A stretch of 52,695 nt of DNA from an uncultured Campylobacterales bacterium (GCA_964447385.1 CAYUSV010000002.1:1-52695); one strand, 5' to 3'. Positions 18,969 through 27,609 are shown, counted from the first letter of the stretch. A program made the numbers and translations. The notes: generated from the sequence alone by a model not told the origin.

Positions 18969-20633
18969 ATGCGAAAAACGGTACGAATTGGTGATATCCT
19001 TATAGAAGAGGGAAAAATCACCCAAGAACAACTCATGCATGCTCTCAGCGTTCAAAAGGGGAGTAACTTTTCAAAAAAACTTGGTGAAATTTTTGTCGAT
19101 GAAGGGCTTATCAGTGAAAAAGAGTTTGCTCAGGTTTTAGCTAGTCAACTTGATTTTGAGTTTATTGATCTTTATGGTACCAATATTAATTTTAACACCT
19201 TAAAAAACTTTTCACTAAATATGCTTAAAAGCGCAGATGCTCTTGTGATAAAAGAGGATGAAGATTTTATCCATATAGCAATCTCTGATCCTTTGAATTA
19301 TGATCATATGGAGTTGTTGGAGCGAAATATAGTCATAAAACCTATAAGATACTATATCTCTTTAAAATCAGATATCAAACATGTATATGAGAGATTTGAG
19401 ATCATAGAGACTACACAATCATTGATGCAAAAAGTAAAAAATGAGATAAATTCTAAAGAGTTTAAATTAGACAATGAACAGAGTTCTATCATGCAGCTTA
19501 TTGAGCAGATTATCAAAAGTGCTGTAAGAAATGGTGCTAGTGATATTCATATAGAGCCAAACAACAAAGATGTCTCTGTTAGAAATAGAGTTGATGGAGT
19601 TTTAAGAGAAGTTTTTATCTTGGATATCGATATATACAATGCACTAGCTTCTCGTATCAAAATTTTGGGAAATCTTGATATTTCTGAAAAAAGAAGATCA
19701 CAAGATGGAAGATTTTCACTAGAAGTTAATGGCAATATATATGATTTTAGGCTCTCAACAGCACCTACACTTCACGGAGAGTCAATTGTACTTCGAATTT
19801 TGGATCAGCAAAAGGTTCTTTTAAAACTTGATAAATTAGGCATGAGTGAGACAAACTTAAAAAAATTTCAAGCACTACTTGATACTCCATATGGTGTTGT
19901 TTTTGTAACAGGACCCACAGGAAGTGGTAAAACAACCACACTTTATGCTGCACTAAACGAGATAAAAAGTATCGAAAATAAGATAATCACTATCGAAGAC
20001 CCTATTGAGTATCAACTGCCACTTGTGCAACAAATACAAACAAATGAGAAGATAAATTATACATTTAACCATGTTTTAAAATCAGTCCTGAGACAAGATC
20101 CAGATATAATCATGGTAGGTGAGATAAGAGACGATGAAACTCTAAATACAGCAGTTGGTGCCTCTTTAACGGGTCACTTGGTATTTTCAACTCTACACAC
20201 CAATGATGCGCCGAGTGCTATTACAAGATTGGTTCAAATGGGATTACAATCATATCTTATTGCTGATTCTCTTATTGGGATTGTAACTCAAAGATTGGTT
20301 AGAGAAATTTGTCAAAGTTGCAAAGAGTCACATAAACCTCAAAATACTCTTATTGAAAAAGTTAAAAAATATCTACCTGAGTCTTATATGTTTTATCACG
20401 GTAAAGGGTGTACAAAATGTAGTTTTAGTGGTTATCGTGGAAGAGTTATGATTTGTGAGATATTGCAGATAAACGATACGATATCTAGTCAAATCTCTGA
20501 AGAGAAAAACAGACATGAGATCTATAAAGAGGCGCTTAAAGGTGGATATGAACCTATGCTCATAGATGGTCTTAAAAAAGCACTACAATCAACAACATCT
20601 TTAGAAGAGGTGCTTAGAGTTGTTAAAATATGA
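18969..20633 (+). CDS. mshE: GspE/PilB-family assembly ATPase with MshE-type N-terminal domain
   Basis: Walker A GPTGSGKTT, Asp/His boxes, tetracysteine CQSC...CTKC. N-terminus carries two tandem RLGxxhhxxGhhxxxxLxxxLxxQ-like motifs. Confidence 0.9.
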   Translation: MRKTVRIGDILIEEGKITQEQLMHALSVQKGSNFSKKLGEIFVDEGLISEKEFAQVLASQLDFEFIDLYGTNINFNTLKNFSLNMLKSADALVIKEDEDFIHIAISDPLNYDHMELLERNIVIKPIRYYISLKSDIKHVYERFEIIETTQSLMQKVKNEINSKEFKLDNEQSSIMQLIEQIIKSAVRNGASDIHIEPNNKDVSVRNRVDGVLREVFILDIDIYNALASRIKILGNLDISEKRRSQDGRFSLEVNGNIYDFRLSTAPTLHGESIVLRILDQQKVLLKLDKLGMSETNLKKFQALLDTPYGVVFVTGPTGSGKTTTLYAALNEIKSIENKIITIEDPIEYQLPLVQQIQTNEKINYTFNHVLKSVLRQDPDIIMVGEIRDDETLNTAVGASLTGHLVFSTLHTNDAPSAITRLVQMGLQSYLIADSLIGIVTQRLVREICQSCKESHKPQNTLIEKVKKYLPESYMFYHGKGCTKCSFSGYRGRVMICEILQINDTISSQISEEKNRHEIYKEALKGGYEPMLIDGLKKALQSTTSLEEVLRVVKI

Positions 20634-21871
20634 AATATTTTGAAATAGTCTACATGATAGGAGGAGAGAAAAGCTCAACTATCATCCAATCCCTACACAA
20701 GATAGACGCTCTAAAGCAGTTTCAAAATCGCACTTTGGGCATAATGGTCTCAGTGGATGAGGTAAACGAACCTCTAATGATGCGTTTAGAAAATTTTACA
20801 AAATCAATCAAAAACAGATCGCTAAAAAAACGAGTCAAACCAGAGCCTTATATCGCTTCTCTTCGACAATTAGGTGTCATGCTTGATGCTGGAATTCCTA
20901 TAAATCAATGTTTTTTGGAAGTTGTAAATACAACCGACAACAAACAGATAAGAGAAATTTTTAGACAAATCGCTCTAAAAGTAGAATCAGGAAGTAGCAT
21001 ATCTCAGACATTTGCTGATTTCTCGTTTGAGCTTGGAAGTCTCTCTTATTCTCTTATCTCCCTTGGAGAGCAGACAGGTGCTTTGGCAGAAGCGGTGATA
21101 AAACTCTCAAATATATTGGATGAGATAGAACAAAATAGGAAAAAATTAAAAAAAGCTCTTCGTTACCCTTTTATTGTCATGCTTGCTATGGTTGGTGCTT
21201 TTATCACTGTTATAAAGATGATTGTTCCACAGTTTAAAGAGATGTTTGAAGAGTACAACAGCGATCTTCCCCTGCCTACTCAAATACTTTTAGGTATTGA
21301 GGATTTTATAAAAGAGAGTGGTTTGCTTATCTTAATCTCAATTATAGGCATTATCATAACTCATATTATACTCTATCGCCAAAAAGGTAGATACAAATAT
21401 CTAATGGATAAATATATCTTAAAAATCTATTTAGTAGGGAAAATTACCCGCTTATCTATGACAGGAAGATTTATGTATGTTTTTAACTCTCTTACAAACT
21501 CAGGAGTACCAATCATAAAAGCTCTCACTATTTCAGAAAATATAGTAGAAAATAGTTATCTTAAGGAGCGATTTGAACAGATAGAAGACTCTATCGAAGA
21601 GGGTAAGACACTAACCCAAGGATTTACAGAGAGTGAACAATTTGAAAATATGATCATACAGATGATCAAAGCCGGAGAGACAAGCGGATCTCTTAACAAA
21701 ATGCTTGAAAAAGTACATATCTACTACTCTGCCAAGTATAATGACCTAATCGACAATATCTCAACCTATATTGAACCAATCATGATAGCAGCTCTTGCTG
21801 GTTTTTTAACTCTATTTGCTCTTGGTATCTTTTTACCTATGTGGTCTATGGCTGAAGTAATTGGACAATAA
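20630..21871 (+). CDS. mshG: GspF/PilC-family inner-membrane platform protein
   Basis: 413 aa. Duplicated GspF domain (..LGVMLDAGIPI.., ..LTNSGVPIIKAL..) and three TM segments. ATGA overlap with mshE. Confidence 0.88.
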   Translation: MKYFEIVYMIGGEKSSTIIQSLHKIDALKQFQNRTLGIMVSVDEVNEPLMMRLENFTKSIKNRSLKKRVKPEPYIASLRQLGVMLDAGIPINQCFLEVVNTTDNKQIREIFRQIALKVESGSSISQTFADFSFELGSLSYSLISLGEQTGALAEAVIKLSNILDEIEQNRKKLKKALRYPFIVMLAMVGAFITVIKMIVPQFKEMFEEYNSDLPLPTQILLGIEDFIKESGLLILISIIGIIITHIILYRQKGRYKYLMDKYILKIYLVGKITRLSMTGRFMYVFNSLTNSGVPIIKALTISENIVENSYLKERFEQIEDSIEEGKTLTQGFTESEQFENMIIQMIKAGETSGSLNKMLEKVHIYYSAKYNDLIDNISTYIEPIMIAALAGFLTLFALGIFLPMWSMAEVIGQ

Positions 21872-21876
21872 TATAT

Positions 21877-22515
21877 TTATGTACATGTTATACTAAATGC
21901 CATACCAAGGTCAGAGCTAGAAAAATCAACAGAGTTGGTAGTATTAACATCAATGAGCATAAAATCACCACTTATAATTTGTCTCTTCTTGCTTAAGGAG
22001 CTTTCAACATAACATTTATTTGTAGAGTTTGTATCTACCATATAAAGCCAAAAGTCATTTTTATCAGGTTTTCCCTCTATGTCTCTTGAGTTATTTGTTG
22101 AACTAAATTTAACTCCAACAGTAGGATCAGAAGCTTTAGCTGTATAAATTCTGTAGATATTTGTACTATTATTTTCAAACTGCTTTTTAAAACCACTTTT
22201 GCCAGAAGTTTTTATCAATGCTCCTATATCGTCACCGTTTCGTGATAGATTATAAGGATAACCACTAGATGCTAAATCTGTCTCTATATCATCATCTACA
22301 CCATCATTGTTCCAATCAAAATCATCATCATTTACACTCCAAGTCCCATGAATTGACTCTAACGCTGCCGTAATAGCTGCTACGCTTGAGAGTTCTGTGG
22401 ATCTTTTTGCTTGATCTTTGATATTGGTAAATTTTGGTATAGCTACAGAAGATAGTATACCGATAATCACAATTACAAATATAAGCTCAACCATAGTAAA
22501 AGCATTTCGCTTCAT
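21877..22515 (-). CDS. type IV pilin (major-pilin candidate 1)
   Basis: MKRNA/FTMVELIFVIVIIGILSSVAIPKF class III signal. 212 aa. Two C-terminal Cys (..NKCYV.., ..SITCT) could form a D-region disulfide. AAGGAA RBS. Confidence 0.85.
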   Translation of the reverse strand: MKRNAFTMVELIFVIVIIGILSSVAIPKFTNIKDQAKRSTELSSVAAITAALESIHGTWSVNDDDFDWNNDGVDDDIETDLASSGYPYNLSRNGDDIGALIKTSGKSGFKKQFENNSTNIYRIYTAKASDPTVGVKFSSTNNSRDIEGKPDKNDFWLYMVDTNSTNKCYVESSLSKKRQIISGDFMLIDVNTTNSVDFSSSDLGMAFSITCT

Positions 22516-22547
22516 AAAGTTTCCTTGGATAGTATTTATATACTATT

Positions 22548-22574
22548 ATATCGACAAGGTAAACTAAATATATA
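22548..22574 (-). promoter_or_regulatory. candidate sigma-28 (FliA-type) promoter TATA-N15-GTCGATAT
   Basis: Minus strand reads TATA-TATTTAGTTTACCTT-GTCGATAT, ending 32 nt before the pilin ATG. The -10 octamer is identical to those at 27629 and 31492. The -35 has one mismatch to TAAA. Confidence 0.5.
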
Positions 22575-22639
22575 CTTATACTGAAAAAATAGATTAATTT
22601 TTTTTGTTTATGTAAAAAATTGTTACATTATATACACAA

Positions 22640-23350
22640 TTAAGTATGACACTCCAAAGGTGTTCTCTCTGGCTGGTTTAAAAACTTGTATCCATTGTAT
22701 ATTGTAAATATCCCATAAAGAATTACAGCAATAGAAGCTAGTTTTATCATCGTATTTCTAAAGCTTGTTTGCTTAAATACTCCTACAAAAAATCCCAATG
22801 AAAACAGAGCAGGGATAGTGCTAAGTCCAAATATCCCCATGACAATTGCACCCCAAAGCGGACTAGTTGTGCTGGCTGCTATGATGGCAAATGAGTAGAC
22901 CAGTCCACATGGCAAAAGTCCATTTAACATGCCTAATAGGAAAAAACTATAAAACGATTGTTTGCCCAAAAGAGTTTTAAAAGCATTTTGATACCAACTA
23001 TTTTTTGAGATAGAGTGCTCGATAAGGGTTAAAAACTTTATCTTTCCCGTTAGTGACAATCCAGCCAATATCATAGCAACTCCGGCTACGATGAGTAGTG
23101 TACCGTTTGCAGTGTTATTGATAGTAGTAACACCCCCGATAAAACCAAACACTCCACCCAAAATCATGTAGGTAAATATACGCCCAAAAGAGTAGGTAAG
23201 ATGAGCTATTGACTGTTTTGCTTTGCTCCATTTGTCATCTACTTTTGTACTAGTGTATGCGATGACAATTCCTCCACACATGCCGATACAGTGTCCAAAA
23301 GAGCCTAAAAAAGCGATAGCAATGATACTTAGTAAATTTACTGCTTCCAT
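22640..23350 (-). CDS. DsbD_2/TauE-like polytopic membrane protein (HCxxMCGG motif)
   Basis: 236 aa, ~6 TM. N-terminal GSFGHCIGMCGG and a second ..LLPCGL.. motif. 1-nt gap from the upstream NosL-like ORF. Confidence 0.6.
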   Translation of the reverse strand: MEAVNLLSIIAIAFLGSFGHCIGMCGGIVIAYTSTKVDDKWSKAKQSIAHLTYSFGRIFTYMILGGVFGFIGGVTTINNTANGTLLIVAGVAMILAGLSLTGKIKFLTLIEHSISKNSWYQNAFKTLLGKQSFYSFFLLGMLNGLLPCGLVYSFAIIAASTTSPLWGAIVMGIFGLSTIPALFSLGFFVGVFKQTSFRNTMIKLASIAVILYGIFTIYNGYKFLNQPERTPLECHT

Positions 23351-23351
23351 A

Positions 23352-23855
23352 TCACAGACCCAATACCTGTTTTTTGACTCTTGGGTCGGTTAGGTTTTCG
23401 CCTCGGAGCATTTTTAGACGCATTTTATCAAAATCCATCGCATCTTTTTCCTTTTTTTCTCTTGCACCAAATCCATATTTCATAGGAGTAGAAGCACCTA
23501 AAACATACCAAGCTTTTCTTGCATCTATCCACCCTCCACTATCTTCAGCATGTGTCCATATAGTAGCTTTTTCTTTGAACTCTTTATCTTCTAGCCATTT
23601 TATGAGACACCCTATATCATCAAAAAACCAAGTAGTTCCACTAGGGGATATGACTTGGGCAGCGTAGTTTTCACTTTTTATAGTCATAGCACATTGAGTA
23701 TCTTGAAAGTGATTTGGAATAATTTTTATAGGGAGCTTTTTTGTGTTATTTTCTTTTACTGTAACCATCTGTTTTTTATTAGAGAGCGCTACTATCACTA
23801 TTATAATAATTGAAGCGATAATCAAAGTTGTTAGAATTGGTACTAATTTTTTCAT
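23352..23855 (-). CDS. NosL-like protein A (membrane-anchored)
   Basis: Preferred ATG at comp(23853..23855) overlaps the upstream TGA (ATGA). TM anchor. ..QCAMTI..WFFDDIGCLIKW.. and ..AWYVLGASTPMKYGFGA.. resemble the NosL family. Confidence 0.65.
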   Translation of the reverse strand: MKKLVPILTTLIIASIIIIVIVALSNKKQMVTVKENNTKKLPIKIIPNHFQDTQCAMTIKSENYAAQVISPSGTTWFFDDIGCLIKWLEDKEFKEKATIWTHAEDSGGWIDARKAWYVLGASTPMKYGFGAREKKEKDAMDFDKMRLKMLRGENLTDPRVKKQVLGL

Positions 23856-24814
23856 AAAAAAACTCCGTTTTTGATGTAATACACCAAAGGATATAGTGTA
23901 CATAGTATGACAAAAATTGTGTTAAAAAGCCGTGAATATCGGTATAAACTCTCTACCTCCGTGTGGATTAGAAGTTTTAACACCAAGTTTGAAACTCCAA
24001 AAAACACTCCCAAAAAAAGTGTACCCCATAAAAGATAACCGATATAAAAATACTCTTTTTGTAACATACAAAATGGGCACTTATGTGCTGGAAGTTCATA
24101 GATATAGATACCAAAAAAATGAACAACTGATTGATAAGCAATATACAAAAAAACTAAATTAGAGATAGACAATAGTAGCGAATTTTTTCCAAAGCTCAAA
24201 ATAGTATTTAAAATATAAAGAAGATAAAAAAGTACCAAAAGTGTCGTTATACTCAACCCAAAAGAAAGTCTATTGTCTCCTGCTGATCCAAAGACAACAG
24301 AGCAACATTGTGCTAAATTTTCTATCCCTATAGTAGAAAAGTAAACAATATCTAAAGTAAATTCAACACCTATAAGTACAAATATCAAGGTAAAAAACCA
24401 AAACTTAACTTTTAAATATGGATAATCTTTAGCTTGGAAATCTTTTTGGTTGATGATAAGCCAGATACCGATGAAAAAAAGTATGATAATTTTTAAAAAC
24501 AGAAGCACATTTCCAAAATCACCAGCACCTAGCACACCAGTTGCGCACATAGCACCAGGTACTAAAACAGAAAGAGAATCAATCGTATAAGCAAAATAAG
24601 GCATAAGTAAAATTTTAAATATAAGCGAAAACAAGATGATCAAAACAATCAGATAAGCTCTTTTTTCTAATGTATACTGCTTGGTCGAGGTAGCGTTAAA
24701 ATCCCAATCTTTTAAGATACTAATAGCTCCTATAAGTGCGATAGAGTTTAATATCAAAAGCACTCCTTCGCTAAATATATAGATAAAAACGCTATTAGAT
24801 AAAAATATCTGCAC
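23852..24814 (-). CDS. Cys-rich polytopic membrane protein, unknown family
   Basis: 320 aa, about 9 hydrophobic segments. Cys motifs GAMCATG, AQCCSVVFG, HKCPFCM. Abuts the ABC ATPase stop. Confidence 0.6.
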   Translation of the reverse strand: MQIFLSNSVFIYIFSEGVLLILNSIALIGAISILKDWDFNATSTKQYTLEKRAYLIVLIILFSLIFKILLMPYFAYTIDSLSVLVPGAMCATGVLGAGDFGNVLLFLKIIILFFIGIWLIINQKDFQAKDYPYLKVKFWFFTLIFVLIGVEFTLDIVYFSTIGIENLAQCCSVVFGSAGDNRLSFGLSITTLLVLFYLLYILNTILSFGKNSLLLSISNLVFLYIAYQSVVHFFGIYIYELPAHKCPFCMLQKEYFYIGYLLWGTLFLGVFFGVSNLVLKLLIHTEVESLYRYSRLFNTIFVILCTLYPLVYYIKNGVFL

Positions 24815-25483
24815 CTATATAATCTCACCATCTTTTATATTTATAACTCTGTCTTCAAAATTAACTTCATCAAAAATAGGATCATGAGTTGCTATGACGA
24901 TCGTGATACCTAGTTTTTTAAGTGTTTTTAAAACCTCTATAAAGTTTAAAGAGTTTGCCAAGTCTAAATTTGCTGTCGGCTCATCACATAAAATTATCTT
25001 TGGGTCATTGACCAAAGCTCTTGCTATGGCACATCTTTGTTTTTCACCACCTGAGAGGTTATTAACGCATTGATGAGCTTTGTGTGTTATATTTGCTAAA
25101 TTCATAGCTTTTTGAACTTTTTCCCTGATTTGTGATGGTGCAAAACCTAGTGGAATAAGAGGCAAAGAAATGTTTTCACTTACACTTAGTATCTCAAAAA
25201 GATTAAAAGGTTGGAAGATAAAACCGATATTTTGCACTCTAAACTTTGATGCATGATGCTCAGGTAGTTTTGCGATACGCTCACCATCTATGATAATCTC
25301 TCCACTTGTGGGCTTGATAAGAGCAGATATAAGTGATAGAAGCGTAGATTTACCACTACCACTTACCCCTTTTAAGATGACAAGCTCTCTCTCTTTTATA
25401 GAGAGATTTATATTTTTTAAAGCACAAAACTCTCTGTTTGAGTTTGGATTAAAAGTCATATAGAGTGATTTTATCTCTATCAT
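24815..25483 (-). CDS. ABC transporter ATP-binding protein (MacB/LolD/FtsE-like)
   Basis: Walker A GVSGSGKST, signature LSGGEKQR, Walker B ILCDEPT. 4-nt overlap with the permease. Confidence 0.9.
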   Translation of the reverse strand: MIEIKSLYMTFNPNSNREFCALKNINLSIKERELVILKGVSGSGKSTLLSLISALIKPTSGEIIIDGERIAKLPEHHASKFRVQNIGFIFQPFNLFEILSVSENISLPLIPLGFAPSQIREKVQKAMNLANITHKAHQCVNNLSGGEKQRCAIARALVNDPKIILCDEPTANLDLANSLNFIEVLKTLKKLGITIVIATHDPIFDEVNFEDRVINIKDGEII

Positions 25484-26664
25484 TTCATCGCCTCTATCGG
25501 GTCAATGATAGATATCTTCCATACAGGTATGAGAACTGAAGCTATAAAAGGGGTTATGAAAAATAAAAAGAGTGAAAAAAGAAATCCAAAATCAATAACA
25601 GGGATAAAAGTTGTACTATTTTGCAAGTTATTAAAGCCTAAAAATATATCTCTTAACAGTGGTGCATTAAAAATATAGACATACATGTATGCAATGATAG
25701 CACCTATGATAAAAGCTGTGACACCAATCACTAAAGTCTCTAAAACTTTTAGTTTAATTAGATCTTTTATGCTCCAGCCCAAAGCCCTAAGTATGCCTAT
25801 CTCTTTTTTATCTACTGAGTTTACCATAGAGTATCGCTGATAGAGAATCATCATAAATGTCAAAAGTGTGATAACAAAAAGAAGCAAAAACAGTCCACCT
25901 TTATAATTAAATAGTTTTTCATACGAGTTTTGTATATCATCTTTTGAAATGACTCTAGTATCATAATGTTTTAATAATAGCTTGAACTTGACATTATCTC
26001 GTTCTGCATCATTTGGTACATTTAAGATGATGTCGGTTGCTTTATCGTCATCGATACCTAAAATATCTCTTGCTAAGTCTATGTTTACCATTATTATATC
26101 ATTGCCTATTAAACTAGTGTCTTTTGGTAATGTTTCGTATATATGAACTTTTTTAACACCCTTTTGTGGTGTTTTGAAAAGAAAGTTTTTTGTATAGTGA
26201 TTTTTCGCCATAAAGTTTTTGACACCTTCGCCAACGACCATGTTGTCTTTTTCAAGAAATTTTTTGATATCAAAGTCGCTAAATAGTTTTTTAAACTCCT
26301 CATCTAAAAAAGGATCAAAAAAATCAACTCCCACAACCGTAAAATACTCACTTTGAGCTCTCATAAAATATCTGCCAAATACCCTAGCTTGTACATCACT
26401 AACACCTTTGATAGAGCTATATAAATCAATAACATCAGTATCGATGTCAACACTCCTTCCGCCTCTAATCTTTTGCACAACAAAGTCTGGTTGTGCATCA
26501 AGAGTAGTTAAGACTTCATATCTAATCGAAGAGCTTATAAAAAGTACCGAACACAAAAGAGCAATCATAAATACAGAGATAAAAAAAACTACACTATGTT
26601 TTGTTCTATGTTTATAGATGAGTAAAAACAAAAAGTTAAAAAAAGTACTATTATTCATATACAA
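25480..26664 (-). CDS. FtsX/MacB-type ABC permease
   Basis: 394 aa. N-terminal TM, ~220-aa extracytoplasmic domain, three C-terminal TMs (FtsX-like topology). Confidence 0.8.
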   Translation of the reverse strand: MYMNNSTFFNFLFLLIYKHRTKHSVVFFISVFMIALLCSVLFISSSIRYEVLTTLDAQPDFVVQKIRGGRSVDIDTDVIDLYSSIKGVSDVQARVFGRYFMRAQSEYFTVVGVDFFDPFLDEEFKKLFSDFDIKKFLEKDNMVVGEGVKNFMAKNHYTKNFLFKTPQKGVKKVHIYETLPKDTSLIGNDIIMVNIDLARDILGIDDDKATDIILNVPNDAERDNVKFKLLLKHYDTRVISKDDIQNSYEKLFNYKGGLFLLLFVITLLTFMMILYQRYSMVNSVDKKEIGILRALGWSIKDLIKLKVLETLVIGVTAFIIGAIIAYMYVYIFNAPLLRDIFLGFNNLQNSTTFIPVIDFGFLFSLFLFFITPFIASVLIPVWKISIIDPIEAMK

Positions 26665-26848
26665 AACCCATAAAATCGATAGGCTTCATCTTTGGATATA
26701 ATCGTAACTCTTCATCATATACTCTAAACCTTGGCTCTAAATAAGAAGTTGATAACGAAAGAGAGGGAAGATGTGTAAAAGTTGCTACAGTTTGGGTACT
26801 CTTTTTATTATGCACAAAGGCATGCCACAAAATGAAGGTTATAATCAT
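26651..26848 (-). CDS. possible small membrane protein (uncertain start)
   Basis: 65-aa ORF overlapping the permease start by 14 nt. No SD before its ATG. The in-frame upstream codons continue a hydrophobic helix back to an AGGAG at comp(26902..26906). Confidence 0.25.
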   Translation of the reverse strand: MIITFILWHAFVHNKKSTQTVATFTHLPSLSLSTSYLEPRFRVYDEELRLYPKMKPIDFMGFVYE

Positions 26849-26909
26849 AAAAAGAGCTAGAAAAAAAGAGAAAAAAACCTTAGTAAGAGTTGTGATGATA
26901 TCTCCTGTA

Positions 26910-27551
26910 TCAGTCTAAATCATAGACTAGTTTTTCATCTATATCACTAAATTTTACTATTTTTTTCCCATGATGTTCATATGAAAAACTTTTGGCATCT
27001 TTTTGGGTTTTAAAAGCGATAAATTCATCTCCCATAGGACCATAGACAGTGGAGCCTGTAACATACCAAGCTGTTTTGGCATCTATAGGTTCTAGTGTAT
27101 AGTAATCATTTACGATAATCTGTGCAATATCTATCTTTTTGTGTTTATCAAGATAGTACTTTAGCATATCTTTAACACCATCAAAATAGTAAGTTTTATC
27201 TTCTATTTGTAATGATGTTATCCATTTTGGAAATTTTACTACAAACATACCACAAACTGGACACTTTGCATCTTTAGGAGGATTGACTTTTTGTAAAATT
27301 TTAGTCTTAGGCTCTCTTTTGGTTAAGTATATTACCACTGCATATAATTTTTTATTATCTATGTTGGAGCAATAATTTTTATCTTTTATCTGAAGTTTTA
27401 GCTCATTTGGTGTGTTGTATCTGATAGTTTCAATGGCTTTTTTATCACACATGATATCATATAGTTTTTCGCCTCTTTTGAGTAGTTTTGTCTCATCAGC
27501 CAAGGCTATGGTAAAGATAAAAGAGAACAAAAACAGAGTTTTTATAAACAT
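26910..27551 (-). CDS. NosL-like periplasmic protein B (CPVCGM motif)
   Basis: Signal peptide (..IALA/DE). KCPVCGMFVVKF.. then ..AWYVTGSTVYGPMGDEFIAFKTQKDAKSF..HGKKIVKFSDI, typical of the NosL family. AAGGA RBS, TATAAT at comp(27581..27586). Confidence 0.7.
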   Translation of the reverse strand: MFIKTLFLFSFIFTIALADETKLLKRGEKLYDIMCDKKAIETIRYNTPNELKLQIKDKNYCSNIDNKKLYAVVIYLTKREPKTKILQKVNPPKDAKCPVCGMFVVKFPKWITSLQIEDKTYYFDGVKDMLKYYLDKHKKIDIAQIIVNDYYTLEPIDAKTAWYVTGSTVYGPMGDEFIAFKTQKDAKSFSYEHHGKKIVKFSDIDEKLVYDLD

Positions 27552-27609
27552 TAAAATCCTTGATAAAATTAAGATACAAGATTATACAGATGCTTTATTA
27601 AGTGTTTGT

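Noticed and set aside
22640-27551. Nitrous-oxide reductase (nos) gene cluster
   Set aside because: Only NosL-like genes are present. There is no nosZ, nosR, nosD or ABC-2 type nosY, and the ABC permease is FtsX/MacB-type.
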